64,000 bases of DNA from an uncultured Gemmatimonadales bacterium (GTDB lineage: Bacteria; Gemmatimonadota; Gemmatimonadetes; Longimicrobiales; RSA9). The position numbers and the translations under genes were made by a program. Where the stretch lies: positions 2,272,001 through 2,336,000 of the forward strand of contig OY970192.1 of the NCBI GenBank assembly GCA_963708135.1, written 5' to 3'. Each line of letters starts with the position of its first letter. Position 1 is the first letter of the stretch. Below the pieces are notes generated by a model. That model was not told the DNA's origin. It did no database searches and saw nothing but the letters and a program-made list of their open reading frames with translations. Positions 36,309-46,318 of this stretch are shown here, piece by piece.

Positions 36309-37388
36309 TCAGGTGGTCTCCGTCGGCCGGGCGCGCGACGACGCCGGCGTCGCCAGCTCGGAGATCAGAGCGCTCGTGCTCTCCACGATCGCCGCCACCT
36401 TCTCGTAGGGCATGCGCGTGGGGCCGATCACGCCGAGCACGCCGGACAGCCCGCCGACGTGGTAACGCGAGGTCACCAGCGTGAACGGCGCGAGCTCCGG
36501 GTGCGCGTGCTCCGCGCCGATCGTGATCTTGAGGCTCGCGTCCTCGTGGGAGCGGTCCGCGAGGACCCCCGTCAGCAGGTCCCGCCGCTCCGTGAGCTCG
36601 ATCAGGCTCCGCAGCCGGCTGCCGGAGGAGAACTCCGGCTGGTTCGCGAGCACGCTCGTGCGGCCCAGATGCAGGTCGTCCTCCGACGTCTCCGCGAAAT
36701 CCAGCAGGTCGTCGGCCGCCTGCAGGAAGATGTTCAGCAGCTCCGTCGCCTCCCCTGCGCTGCTGTCGCGCAGGCGCTCCGGCAGCGTCGCGCGGATCTC
36801 GCTCAGCGTCTGGCCGCCCAGACGCTCGTTCAGCACCACGTTCACCGAAAGCAGCGTCTCCGGCGGGAAGGACCCCGACAGGTCCACGTAGACCGTCCGC
36901 ACCATGCCGTTCCGCAGCTTCAGGACCAGCAGCACCTTGTCGCTGGCGACTGAGAGCAGCTCGAGGCTCTCGAGCACCGTCTCCTCCAGCCGCGGCGCAA
37001 TGGCGAGGCCCAGCTCCCCGGTGAGCAGCCCCAGCACCATCGTGGACTGCCCGATCAACCGCTCGAGCGCACCGCCCTCCCCCTCCCACAACTCCCGCCG
37101 CAGCCGCTTCCGCTCCGGCGCCGTCAGCCGCACCGAGGGCATCAAGGCATCCACATAGTAGCGGTACGCCAGGTCCGTCGGGATCCGCCCGGCGGACGTG
37201 TGCGGATGGTAGAGGAAGCCCTTCTCCTCCAGGTCCGACATCGTGTTCCGCACCGTCGCGGGCGATACGTCCAGGCCGAAGCGGCGCGCGACCGTACGGC
37301 TGCCCGCCGGCTCCGCGCTCTCCACGTACAGCCGGATGACCGCTTCCAGGACCTGCCTCTCGCGCTTTGAGAGCGGCGCCATGCCCAT
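36309..37388 (-). CDS. hrcA: Heat-inducible transcription repressor HrcA
   Basis: R...L..I...Y....EP.GS, S.AT.RN.M.DLE..G.L..PHTSAGRIPT..YR.YVD, G.IGPTRM.Y. Start 37388 or 37382. Confidence 0.95.
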   Translation of the reverse strand: MGMAPLSKRERQVLEAVIRLYVESAEPAGSRTVARRFGLDVSPATVRNTMSDLEEKGFLYHPHTSAGRIPTDLAYRYYVDALMPSVRLTAPERKRLRRELWEGEGGALERLIGQSTMVLGLLTGELGLAIAPRLEETVLESLELLSVASDKVLLVLKLRNGMVRTVYVDLSGSFPPETLLSVNVVLNERLGGQTLSEIRATLPERLRDSSAGEATELLNIFLQAADDLLDFAETSEDDLHLGRTSVLANQPEFSSGSRLRSLIELTERRDLLTGVLADRSHEDASLKITIGAEHAHPELAPFTLVTSRYHVGGLSGVLGVIGPTRMPYEKVAAIVESTSALISELATPASSRARPTETT

Positions 37389-37421
37389 CGTCAGCTCGCG
37401 TCCGTCATTCCGGGAGAAAGA

Positions 37422-37450
37422 AGTTTTCGCGCGCGGCCACGCGACGTCAA
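37422..37450 (-). promoter_or_regulatory. Possible sigma70-type promoter of hrcA-dnaJ-prmA
   Basis: TTGACG (37450-37445, overlapping the hemW TGA stop)-N17-AAAACT; the -10 lacks the first T. Confidence 0.5.
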
Positions 37451-38625
37451 GCCGCCGCCCCGTCCGTCACCGACTCCGCCGCCGCCCCCGCCGCCTCCGA
37501 GGCCTCGTCCAGCTCCAGCGCCAGCCGGTCGAGCAGCAGCCAGCCGGCCGGCGTGAGGCGCAGCCGCCCCTGTTGGCGACGCGCCCACCCCGCCACCTCC
37601 CACCGCGCCGCCAGCGCCCGCTGCGCTCCGTCCAGCGCCGACTCCGCCACGCCGTCCAGCGTCCGCAGGGCGAGCCAGGCGCCCTCCAGCCGCGCCGCGG
37701 CATCGTCCAGCCGCTCCTCGGCTTCCATCGCCCGGCCGTGCGCCGCTATATCGCTCCGGTACGCCGCCCAGTCGCGCACGTTCCAGCGGCGCACCGGCGG
37801 CAGGAATGAATGCGCCCCGGGGCCCAGCCCCAGGTACGCCTCGCCGCGCCAGTACGCCCCGTTGTGGACGGACTCACGGCCCGGGCGCGCGAAGTTCGAG
37901 ACCTCGTAGTGTCTGAACCCCGTCGCCGCGAGCCGCTCCGCGGCCAGCAGATACTCGTCCGCGTAGCGCTCCTCGTCCGCCAGCCGCTCACGCCCCTCCG
38001 CCACCCAGCGCCCGAGCGGCGCGGCCGCCTCGGCGGTGAGCCCGTAAAGCGAAATGTGGCTCGGCTCCAGCGCCAGGGCCTGGTCGAGATCGGCCGCCCA
38101 GCTCCGGCCGAGCCGGTCTGGCACGCCGAAGATCAGGTCCACGCTGACGTTCTCGATCCCCGCCGCGCGTGCCGCGGCGATCGCGCGCCCCGGCCCCTCC
38201 ACCCCGTGCAGCCGGCCCATCCAGCGCAGCGTCGGCTCGTGGAAGGTCTGCGCGCCGAGGCTCAGCCGGTTCACGCCCGCCGCCCGCCAGTCCATGGCGA
38301 GCTCCGGGGTGAGCGTCTCCGGGTTGGCCTCCACCGTCCATTCGACCGAGGCCGGGCTCCACCGCGCGTGCCGAACGAGCCTGCCGGCCAGCTGAGCCAT
38401 CGCGCCCACCGGGAGCAGCGACGGCGTGCCTCCGCCCACGTAAATCGTGCGCAGCTCCAGCGGCGCATCCCACCCCTCCGATGCCGCCACGCCGCCGAGC
38501 TCGGCCTCGATGGCGTCCAGCCACGCGACGATCGGCGGCTCCCGCGTCGCCTGGACCGCGAAGTCGCAGTAGCTGCACCGCCGCAGGCAGAACGGCACGT
38601 GGATGTACAGATAGGCCGGTCTCAC
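37447..38625 (-). CDS. hemW: Radical-SAM heme chaperone HemW
   Basis: LYIHVPFC.RRC.YCDF, GGGTPS, EANP, NRLSLG.Q, DLIFG.P, HIS.Y.L, YEVSNF, HN..YW (HemW signature), G.GPGAHS. Confidence 0.93.
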   Translation of the reverse strand: MRPAYLYIHVPFCLRRCSYCDFAVQATREPPIVAWLDAIEAELGGVAASEGWDAPLELRTIYVGGGTPSLLPVGAMAQLAGRLVRHARWSPASVEWTVEANPETLTPELAMDWRAAGVNRLSLGAQTFHEPTLRWMGRLHGVEGPGRAIAAARAAGIENVSVDLIFGVPDRLGRSWAADLDQALALEPSHISLYGLTAEAAAPLGRWVAEGRERLADEERYADEYLLAAERLAATGFRHYEVSNFARPGRESVHNGAYWRGEAYLGLGPGAHSFLPPVRRWNVRDWAAYRSDIAAHGRAMEAEERLDDAAARLEGAWLALRTLDGVAESALDGAQRALAARWEVAGWARRQQGRLRLTPAGWLLLDRLALELDEASEAAGAAAESVTDGAAA

Positions 38626-39942
38626 GGATCGTCATACCCCCGCGCGCCGCCCCGGTTGCGGGCGCCACTGGCGCCACCGCGCCCGCCACGATCCCGCGGC
38701 CGGCGCACCGTCTCGCCGAGCGGCGTGCGCACCATCGCGGCCGGGCCGCCATCCGGCGGCAGCACCCGCGCGAAGCGCAGCCCGGGCAGCTGGCGCACGG
38801 CGCCCTCCAGCTCGAGAGAGCAGCGCCGCGAGCGCCGCCCCCGTCTCGAGCCCCGATCCCCGTGCCAGCGCATCCACGTGCGCCGGCTCTTCCGACAGCG
38901 CGCCGAGGAGCCGGCCATTCGGGGCGCCCGCACCGCGCGAGACCGCGCCCCGGGCCGGCGCACAGCTTCCCGCCGCGGGCTCCGCGCCCACCCTGGCGCG
39001 AGCGCGGCCCCCGTCCACGGCGGGATTCGCATCGCGGCCCGCCGCGTCCATGCCGCGCGCGGGGCGGATCCCGATCTCGTCCAGCACGTCCTCCACCCCG
39101 AGCACGAGCCGGGCGCCGTCGCGGAGGAGCGCGTTCGTGGCCTCGCTGGTGGAGCGGCCGACAGGGCCCGGCACGGCGAGCACGTCGCGCCCGATCGAGA
39201 CCGCGTGCTCCACGGTGATCAGCGAGCCGCTGCCCGCCGCCGCCTCCACCACGACCACCCCTCGCGCCAGCGCGGCGATGATCCGGTTGCGGCGGGGGAA
39301 GTTGTGCCGCAGGGCCGGCTCGCCGGGCATGAACTCACTGAGCAGCAGCCCTTCCGCCGCGATTCGCTCCTGCAGCCGCGCGTTCGTCCGCGGGTACGTA
39401 ACGTCGATCCCGCAGCCGAGCACCGCGATCGTGGTGGGAAGCGCCCCCTGATGGGCGGCGGCATCGATGCCGCGCGCGAGCCCGCTGACCACCACGACGC
39501 CTGCGCGGGCGAGGTCGCGACCGAGCATGCGGGCCACGTCGTCGCCGTAGGCCGTGCTCCGGCGGGAGCCGACGATGGCCACCGCCGGCCGCTCGAGGAA
39601 GGCCGGCTCTCCGCGCGCAAAGAGGAGGGCCGGCGGGTCGTGAAGGTGCTCCAGCACGGCGGGGTAGCCCGGCCGGCCGCGCACGAGCACCTCGAGGCCG
39701 AGGCGGGCCACGAGGGAGCGGGTCCGGCGCAGCCGCTCAAGCACCGGCCGGCTGTCGCGCGCGACCGCCGCGGCTTCGCCCAGTGCCGGCGTTCCGGCCG
39801 CGAGCGCCGCGCTGGCGGAGCCGTGCTGCGCGAGCAGGGCGGCGAGGCGGAGGTCGCCGAGGCCGGGGAGCAGGCGCAGGTGGAGGAGCGCGTCGAGCTC
39901 CGCGGCGGGAGGCGTCGCCTTCGATGATACGCCGCCGCTCAC
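38622..39942 (-). CDS. dprA: DNA processing protein DprA, with apparent frameshift near 38814-38820
   Basis: AIVGSR..T.YG, VSGLARGID..AH, SEF, FP.RNRII, VEA...SGSLIT, A.PG. The winged-helix end LELEGAVRQLPG is in another frame that stops at 38622. Confidence 0.9.
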
Positions 39943-40961
39943 GGCGTCCAGACCTCCGGCTCCTCCTCACGCTCGGCCTCGACGGTCTCGCGAACGTGCG
40001 TCCAGAGCCCTTCGAGCAGCTCCTGCAGTCCGCGCCGCGCCACGGCGGAGATGGTGAAGCGGCCCCACGCCTCCGGCGCCTCCAGCCGCGGCGGCGCGGC
40101 CTCTTCAGGAAGCAGGTCCATCTTCGTGATCACCACGCAATGCGGCTTGCCCTCGAGCTCCGGCGCGTACGCGCGCAGCTCCTCCCGCAGCGTCTCGTAT
40201 TCGGCCTGCGGGTCCTCGGCGTCCACGGGCACGAGGAACGCCAGCGTGCGGGTGCGCTCGATGTGACGCAGGAAGCGCAGCCCCAACCCCTTCCCCTCAT
40301 GGGCGCCCGCGATGATCCCGGGAATGTCCGCCACGACGAACGTGCGGAAGCCGGAGAGCTGCACCACCCCGAGGTTCGGCGCCAGCGTCGTGAACGGGTA
40401 GTCCGCGATCTTGGGCGTGGCGGCGGAGACCGCCGCCAGCAACGTGGATTTGCCGGCGTTCGGCTTCCCGACCAGCCCGACGTCGGCGATCAGCTTCAGC
40501 TCCAGCGCGATGCGGCGCTCCTCGCCCTCCTCGCCGGGCTCCCAGCGGCGCGGCGCCTGGTGGGTGGGAGTGGCGAACGCGGCGTTGCCCCGCCCGCCCC
40601 GGCCACCCTTCGCCGCGACGAGCTCCTGGCCATCCTCGATCAGCTCCCCGAGCAGCACACCGGTCCCGGCGTCCCGCACCACCGTGCCCGGCGGCACGCG
40701 CAGCAGCAGGTCCTCGCCGTCGCGCCCCGTGCGGTCCTTGCCCTGCCCGTGCTGACCCCGCTCCGCGCGGTAGTGCTGCTGATAGCGGTAATCGAGCAGT
40801 GTCGCGAGCTGCGCGTCGGCGCGCAGGATCACGTCGCCGCCCTTGCCGCCGTTCCCGCCGGACGGGCCGCCGCGCGCGACTCCCATCTCGCGGCGGAACG
40901 CCTCCGCGCCGGAGCCCCCCGTCCCGGCCGCCACCTCGATCTCCACGTAGTCAACGAACAT
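39939..40961 (-). CDS. obgE: GTPase ObgE/CgtA
   Basis: MFVD, Gly-rich Obg domain, GKPNAGKS, DYPFTT, DIPG, FLRHIERT, TKMD. Confidence 0.97.
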   Translation of the reverse strand: MFVDYVEIEVAAGTGGSGAEAFRREMGVARGGPSGGNGGKGGDVILRADAQLATLLDYRYQQHYRAERGQHGQGKDRTGRDGEDLLLRVPPGTVVRDAGTGVLLGELIEDGQELVAAKGGRGGRGNAAFATPTHQAPRRWEPGEEGEERRIALELKLIADVGLVGKPNAGKSTLLAAVSAATPKIADYPFTTLAPNLGVVQLSGFRTFVVADIPGIIAGAHEGKGLGLRFLRHIERTRTLAFLVPVDAEDPQAEYETLREELRAYAPELEGKPHCVVITKMDLLPEEAAPPRLEAPEAWGRFTISAVARRGLQELLEGLWTHVRETVEAEREEEPEVWTP

Positions 40962-40964
40962 CCG

Positions 40965-41594
40965 TTAATCCACCCTTCTCTCATCCGCGTCACGCGACTC
41001 CCAGCGGGCCCGCACCGCCTCCCAGACCCCCCACGCCACGCTTGCCCGCGCGGGCCCCACCACACGGCCCGCGATCTCCAGCGCCTCGTCCACCTCCGGG
41101 GGAGCGACGCCCACATTCAGAGCGCCACGAAGATGCGAGTGCAGCTGCTCGGGCGCGTCCACGGCGGACAGCAGCGCCACGATGCACAGCTCGCGCGCCC
41201 GCAGCGCGAGCCCCGGACGGCCGAGCACCTTGCCGTAGCCCTCCGCCAGCATCCAGCGCGCGAGGTCCGGATGCAGCCGTGACACCCGCTCCCGCAGCGG
41301 CCCGTACGCGCCGCCGTAGACGCGCTCGCACACCGACTCCCCGCGCTCCCGCCATTGCGACGGCTCGTCCGGAACGGGCGCGGGCGCCTCGCGTCCCGTC
41401 CGCTCCCGCCACTCGGCGAGCGCCCGCAGCGCCAGAGGATAGCCGAGAAACAGGTAGCTCTGGAGCAGAGCCTCCTCCGCCGCGCGCGGGTCCGCCAGCC
41501 GCGCCGCGGCCCGCATCGCCGCGGCCCGTCGGGCCGGATCTCCCGCCCCGAGCGCCGCGGACAACGCGACGAGAGCCCGCTCTCCGTCATCCAT
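40965..41594 (-). CDS. Carboxymuconolactone decarboxylase (CMD/AhpD-like) family protein
   Basis: E..LQ..LF.G.P, RG...C..VYG, YG.VL.RPGL....REL, QL.SH.RGA.N.G. Confidence 0.8.
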   Translation of the reverse strand: MDDGERALVALSAALGAGDPARRAAAMRAAARLADPRAAEEALLQSYLFLGYPLALRALAEWRERTGREAPAPVPDEPSQWRERGESVCERVYGGAYGPLRERVSRLHPDLARWMLAEGYGKVLGRPGLALRARELCIVALLSAVDAPEQLHSHLRGALNVGVAPPEVDEALEIAGRVVGPARASVAWGVWEAVRARWESRDADERRVD

Positions 41595-42591
41595 CGCTTG
41601 CCTCCAGCTCGACCTCCGCCCGGATCTCGCCCACCCGCTCGCCGCGCGTGTTCCGCAGCTCCGGGCGGGCGTAGCGCTCCAGGGCGGCCATCTCCTCGTC
41701 CGACAGCAGGTGCAGCGCCCGCAGCACCGCGAGCAGCGCCGGCTCCGATGCCCGCGTCGCGCCGTCGAGCACCTTCAGCGCGATCCCGAGCTCCGCTCCC
41801 GGAATGGCGGCGCAGTACACGCCTTCCGCACCCACCTTCACCAGGATGCGGCCGCCGGCCGCGCGCATGAGATCCGTGCAGAGCCGCTCGCTCCCGCCCA
41901 CGTACTCCGGGTTGCGCACCATCGCCTGAAGGATGCGCGCGGGCCCCTGCTCCCCCTCCCGCGCCGCGGCCGCGAAGCGCGCGTGCGCCGCGGCCAGCGC
42001 CCGCAACGGCAGGGCGAAGGTGACCACGCCGCAGCCGTCCGTGCCGGTCGCGATCTCGTCCGCCGGAACGCCGGTCCAGCGCGCGATCTCGGCCGCCATC
42101 CGCTGCTGCACGGGGTGCTCGGGGCGCTCGTAGCCGGCCAGCGGCCAGCCCTGCGCGCCCGCCAGCCCCAGCATGCCCGCGTGCTTTCCCGAGCAGTTGT
42201 TGTGGATCCGGCCGGGCGCCTCGCCCCGCCGCTCCAGCTCGGCCGCGGCCGCCCGCCCGAGCGGCGGGTGGGGCCCGCAGGCGAGCGCCTCCTCTCCCGC
42301 CCCGACCTTGCGCAGCAGCGACCGCGCGGCCGCCACGTGCCGCGCCTCGCCGCTGTGCGAGGCGCAGCAGAGCGCCAGCTCCTCCGCCGTGAAGCCGAGG
42401 CGGTCCGCCACGCCTTCCTCCACCAGCGGCAGCGCCTGGAACGGCTTCACTGCCGAGCGCGCGAACGCCACCAGCGCCGGATCCCCCGCGCTCGCCCGCA
42501 ACCGACCCGAGGCGTCCGCCACGGCGACGCTCACCTCGTGCACCGACTCGACGATGCCGCCGCGCCACACCTCCACCCGCGCCCCCGTCAT
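41587..42591 (-). CDS. L-asparaginase II (Rhizobium etli-type, class 3)
   Basis: RG...ES.H, RS..KPFQA, ASHSG, NNCSGKH, DGC, K.GAEG, K..DG..R. Confidence 0.88.
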   Translation of the reverse strand: MTGARVEVWRGGIVESVHEVSVAVADASGRLRASAGDPALVAFARSAVKPFQALPLVEEGVADRLGFTAEELALCCASHSGEARHVAAARSLLRKVGAGEEALACGPHPPLGRAAAAELERRGEAPGRIHNNCSGKHAGMLGLAGAQGWPLAGYERPEHPVQQRMAAEIARWTGVPADEIATGTDGCGVVTFALPLRALAAAHARFAAAAREGEQGPARILQAMVRNPEYVGGSERLCTDLMRAAGGRILVKVGAEGVYCAAIPGAELGIALKVLDGATRASEPALLAVLRALHLLSDEEMAALERYARPELRNTRGERVGEIRAEVELEASDG

Positions 42592-42702
42592 CCTGCGCGC
42601 CGCCCGGGCCGGGGCCGGCCACGTCCGCTCGAGGGAATCAATGCGCTCGCTCCGCTGGAGTCCATGGTTGGTCCGGCCATCGTGCTGCCCGGATGGGGCG
42701 CC

Positions 42703-43632
42703 TCACGCCGGGACCCGGCCGCCACGCCGCCGCACGCCGAGCGCGATCCCGCCCAGAATCAGCACGCCGCCCACGACGGTCGCGAGCGGCGGCCGTTCGT
42801 GGATCCCGGGCAGCAGCCATGCCAGGATCGTGGCCCCGACCGGCTCCCCCAGCAGCGCCACGTTCGCCACGTACGCCCGTCGGTAGCGCAGGGCATAGTT
42901 CACCCCCGTGTGGCCGAGCATCATCGGTCCGGCGGCCAGGGCCAAGAAGATCAGCCAGTCGCGAGCCCGGTAGCCGACGAAGGGCACCGCCGGGTCCATC
43001 GCCACGGCCAGCGCCAGCACGGCCGCCGCGATCCCGTACACCACGCCGATGTAGACCCAGAGGTCCAGGCGCTGCCGCATCCGGCGCCCGATCACGTAGT
43101 AGCCGGAAACGAAGACCGCGCCCGCCAGCGCGAGCAGATCGCCGGCGAGCGGCGCGCGTCCGCGCGTGAAGTCGCCCCCACCGATCACCGCCGTTCCCGC
43201 CACGGCCAGGCCGATTCCCAGCCACTGCGTCCCGGTGGGCCGCTCGCCCAGGAACGCCACCGACAGCCCCGCCACGAAGATCGGCTGCATCGAGACCAGC
43301 ACCACCGAGCTCGCCACCGTGGTGAGCGAGAGCGAGGCGATCCAGCTCCAGAAGTGCGCCGCCAGCAGCACGCCCGAGCTCAGCGCCAGCAGCCACTCCC
43401 GCCGCTCGAGCCGGACCGGAAGGCCGCCGCGCCACGCGAGCACCAGCGCGATGAAGGCCGTCGAGAAGAGCAGCCGCCACGCGGCCACGGCCAGCGCGGG
43501 CGCGCTGCTCAGCCGGATCAGCGGCCCCGCCCAGCTCATGGCGAGCACCGCCACCAGCAGGGCGATGCCCGGCGGAACGCGCGGCGCCGGGTTGCCGCTG
43601 GCCCGGCTCTCCACGCCAGGCGGTGCGCTCAT
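42703..43632 (-). CDS. DMT/EamA family transporter
   Basis: Ten hydrophobic segments; A.WR, LA.HF..W..SL..T.VA.S, GD.LAL.GA, LGH...N.AL, EPV.A. Confidence 0.88.
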   Translation of the reverse strand: MSAPPGVESRASGNPAPRVPPGIALLVAVLAMSWAGPLIRLSSAPALAVAAWRLLFSTAFIALVLAWRGGLPVRLERREWLLALSSGVLLAAHFWSWIASLSLTTVASSVVLVSMQPIFVAGLSVAFLGERPTGTQWLGIGLAVAGTAVIGGGDFTRGRAPLAGDLLALAGAVFVSGYYVIGRRMRQRLDLWVYIGVVYGIAAAVLALAVAMDPAVPFVGYRARDWLIFLALAAGPMMLGHTGVNYALRYRRAYVANVALLGEPVGATILAWLLPGIHERPPLATVVGGVLILGGIALGVRRRGGRVPA

Positions 43633-43850
43633 GCGGGACCGTACCGCGCGCGCTCTCCGCCGCCCAGCCAGCCCGCCACTTGCGGGTCCGGCGCCGCCTC
43701 GCCGCGCGCCCGCGCCGCCGGCCAGGCCGGCGCCCGCCGCCCGATCAATGACAGCCGCCGTCTCGGGCCGGGCCGAGCGCCACGTCCACCTCCCCCCGGG
43801 GTCGTCGTGGGCCGCCGCGCGCGTGCCGGGGCGCGGCGCGCCCCTCCGAG

Positions 43851-43891
43851 AAACGGAAACGGGGAGGAAAGGCCGCGCCCCTCCTCCCCGT
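43851..43891 (-). terminator. Intrinsic terminator after ctpA
   Basis: Minus strand: ACGGGGAGGA...TCCTCCCCGT stem followed by TTCCGTTT, 17 nt after the stop. Confidence 0.7.
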
Positions 43892-43908
43892 GCTCCGGCG
43901 AAACCCGG

Positions 43909-45552
43909 CTACTCGTGCGGCCGAACGTTCACCGTATCCGGCTTCAGCGCTTCCGGGTGCGCCGCGCCGTAGCGCGCGGCCGCCGCGAACAGGGCGTCCG
44001 GGCTGGTCGCGCCGCGCAGCAGCTCGTCCGCTGCCGCCACCTGCTCGTCCTCGGCGTTCAGACGCTCCCGGTACTTCTCCTCGCCCCACTTCGAGCGCGT
44101 GATCACCAGCGCCAGGTCGCGCGCCACCCACTGCGACGCCCCCTCGAACACCGCCCGGTCCACTTTCACGCCCCGCTTCTGCAGCGTGGCGTAGAACTCC
44201 TCGAGCATCTCGGGCGTGACCTGGAACCCCGGCTTCAAGCCCGGGTGCGAGTTGGCGTAGCTCACGGCGAAGGCGAAGCGCGCGTCGCCATATTCCGAGC
44301 CGTGCTGCTGGAGCGCCTGCAGGAATTCGCGCTCCACGGTCGTGACGGTGTCCGGGCGTACGATGAGGTCCGGCGCGATGCCGCCCCCGCCCAGGACCTT
44401 CCGCCCGGAGTCGGTGTGGTAGACCGGCCGCTCCCGGGTGCTGTCCGGCCCGAGGGGCTCGTTCAGCGTGTCGTCCGCTCCGATCCCGTACGGCTTCTGG
44501 ATGGAGCGGCCCGACGGCGTGTACCAGCGCGCTGTGGTGAGCTTCAGCCAATTGCCGCCTTCCAGCGGGAAGAGCGTCTGCACCGACCCCTTCCCGTACG
44601 TCGTCTCGCCGACGACGAGGGCGCGGTCGTGGTCCTGCAGCGCGCCGGCCAGGATCTCGGCCGCGGAGGCCGTGTACGGGTTCACCAGCACCACGATCGG
44701 CAGTCCTGGATAGCGGTCCGCCCCGCTCGCCGCGTAGCGTTGGCTCTGCCCGGCCACCCGGCTGCGCGTCTCCGAGACCAGCTCGCCCTTCTTCAGGAAC
44801 AGGTCGCCAAGCAAGACGGCCTGGTCCAGCAGCCCCCCCGGGTTCATGCGCAGGTCCAGCACCAGCCCCTTCATCCCGCGCGCCCTCAGGCTGTCGATCG
44901 CCGCCTGCAGCTCGTCCGTCGAGCTCTCCGCCACCACCGTCAGGTCCACGTAGCCGACGCCGTCCGGCATCACGTACGCCGCCGGCACCGACCGGACGTG
45001 GATCTCCTCGCGCACGATGTGGAACGGGATCGGCTCCGCCACGCCGACCCGCTTTACCTTGAGGTCAACCGGCGAGCCCTTCGGGCCGCGCAGGTGCGCG
45101 ATCGCGTCGTCCTCGCTCCACCCCTTGGCCGACTTGCCGTCCACCTCGATGATCGCATCGCCCGCCTGCATCCCCGCCCGGTCCGCCGGCGTCCCCGGTA
45201 GCGGCGCCACTACGGTGATCCAGCCGTCACGCTTCAGGATCTGCACCCCCAGCCCGCCATACTCCCCCTGCGTCTGGACTCGCAGCCCCTCGTACTCCTT
45301 CGGCGTCATGAAGACCGAGTGCGGGTCACCCAGCTCCTGCAGCATCCCCTCGATCGCCATGTGGTAGAGCTTCGATGGGTCCTCCGGCTCCACGAAGCGG
45401 TCCGCCACGTGGTGCAGGACCTCCTCGAACAGCCGCGCCTCGGAGTAGACGTTCTGACCGTCCCCCATCCCCCGCTGCAGGAACCAGCCACCGGTCGCCA
45501 GTGCCACCAGCGCCACCACCACGGGCGCGACGACGGACCGCTTCAACTTCAT
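43909..45552 (-). CDS. ctpA: S41 carboxyl-terminal processing protease
   Basis: N-terminal TM; DPHS, PDZ (G.G, PA..AG...GD.I), DLR.NPGG.L, ASAAEI.AGALQD..R, T.GKGSVQ, TP.GR.I, GI.PD. Confidence 0.93.
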   Translation of the reverse strand: MKLKRSVVAPVVVALVALATGGWFLQRGMGDGQNVYSEARLFEEVLHHVADRFVEPEDPSKLYHMAIEGMLQELGDPHSVFMTPKEYEGLRVQTQGEYGGLGVQILKRDGWITVVAPLPGTPADRAGMQAGDAIIEVDGKSAKGWSEDDAIAHLRGPKGSPVDLKVKRVGVAEPIPFHIVREEIHVRSVPAAYVMPDGVGYVDLTVVAESSTDELQAAIDSLRARGMKGLVLDLRMNPGGLLDQAVLLGDLFLKKGELVSETRSRVAGQSQRYAASGADRYPGLPIVVLVNPYTASAAEILAGALQDHDRALVVGETTYGKGSVQTLFPLEGGNWLKLTTARWYTPSGRSIQKPYGIGADDTLNEPLGPDSTRERPVYHTDSGRKVLGGGGIAPDLIVRPDTVTTVEREFLQALQQHGSEYGDARFAFAVSYANSHPGLKPGFQVTPEMLEEFYATLQKRGVKVDRAVFEGASQWVARDLALVITRSKWGEEKYRERLNAEDEQVAAADELLRGATSPDALFAAAARYGAAHPEALKPDTVNVRPHE

Positions 45553-45603
45553 CGAACCTCCACCTGGATCGGGGCCCGCGAATCGCCGGCCCGCCTCGCT
45601 TCT

Positions 45604-46287
45604 CTAACCCTCGCCGGCGCCGAAAGTTTCGGCAAAACGCTCCCGCAGCGCCCGCCTCAGCGCGTGCTGCACCACCTCCTCGGCACCCTGCCCGTCCACC
45701 ACCACCACGCCCGCCTCCGTTCCCGCGAGCAATCGGTATGCCTCCGCGACGCGCGCGTGGAACGCCCGCCCCGCCTGCTCGATCCGGTCATCGCCCCGCC
45801 CCGCCTCGCGCCGCCGCCGTTCGCCGAGCTCCACCGGCACCTCGAGCACGACGGTCAGGTCGGGCCGCAGCCCTTCCGTCGCGAACGCGTTCATGCGCCT
45901 CACCTCCTCCAGCGGCAGCTCCCGGCCGTACGCCTGGTAGGCCAGTGTCGAGAGGTCGTAGCGGTCCGCCACGACCATGGTGCCCGCCTCCAGCGCCGGC
46001 CGGATGCGCTCCTGCACGAGCACCGCCCGCGCCGCCAGCATGAGCAGGAGCTCCGCGCGCGCGGGAATGGCCTCGCTCTCCAGCAGCACCCGCCGGATCT
46101 CCTCGCCCGCCGCGGTGCCGCCCGGCTCGCGGACCCGCAGCACCCGATGGCCGCCGCCCTCCAGCCAGGCGCAGAGCAACCGGGCCTGCGTGGTCTTCCC
46201 CGACCCCTCGACCCCTTCCAGGGCGAGAAACAGGCCGCGCGAGCGGCCCTCTGCTTCGGGGCGGTTCGACGCGGCCTGTTCCGTCAT
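45604..46287 (-). CDS. tmk: Thymidylate kinase
   Basis: EGVEGSGKTT, REPGGT, DRY..S..AYQ, PD, DRIE. Confidence 0.96.
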   Translation of the reverse strand: MTEQAASNRPEAEGRSRGLFLALEGVEGSGKTTQARLLCAWLEGGGHRVLRVREPGGTAAGEEIRRVLLESEAIPARAELLLMLAARAVLVQERIRPALEAGTMVVADRYDLSTLAYQAYGRELPLEEVRRMNAFATEGLRPDLTVVLEVPVELGERRRREAGRGDDRIEQAGRAFHARVAEAYRLLAGTEAGVVVVDGQGAEEVVQHALRRALRERFAETFGAGEG

Positions 46288-46318
46288 CCGGTGCCTGGCG
46301 AGAGCCGCCGCGGGCGTC

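Noticed and set aside
43633..43850. Second ncRNA or small ORF in the gap between ctpA and the DMT gene
   Set aside because: No clear promoter-terminator pair or SD-led ORF; looks like ordinary GC-rich spacer.
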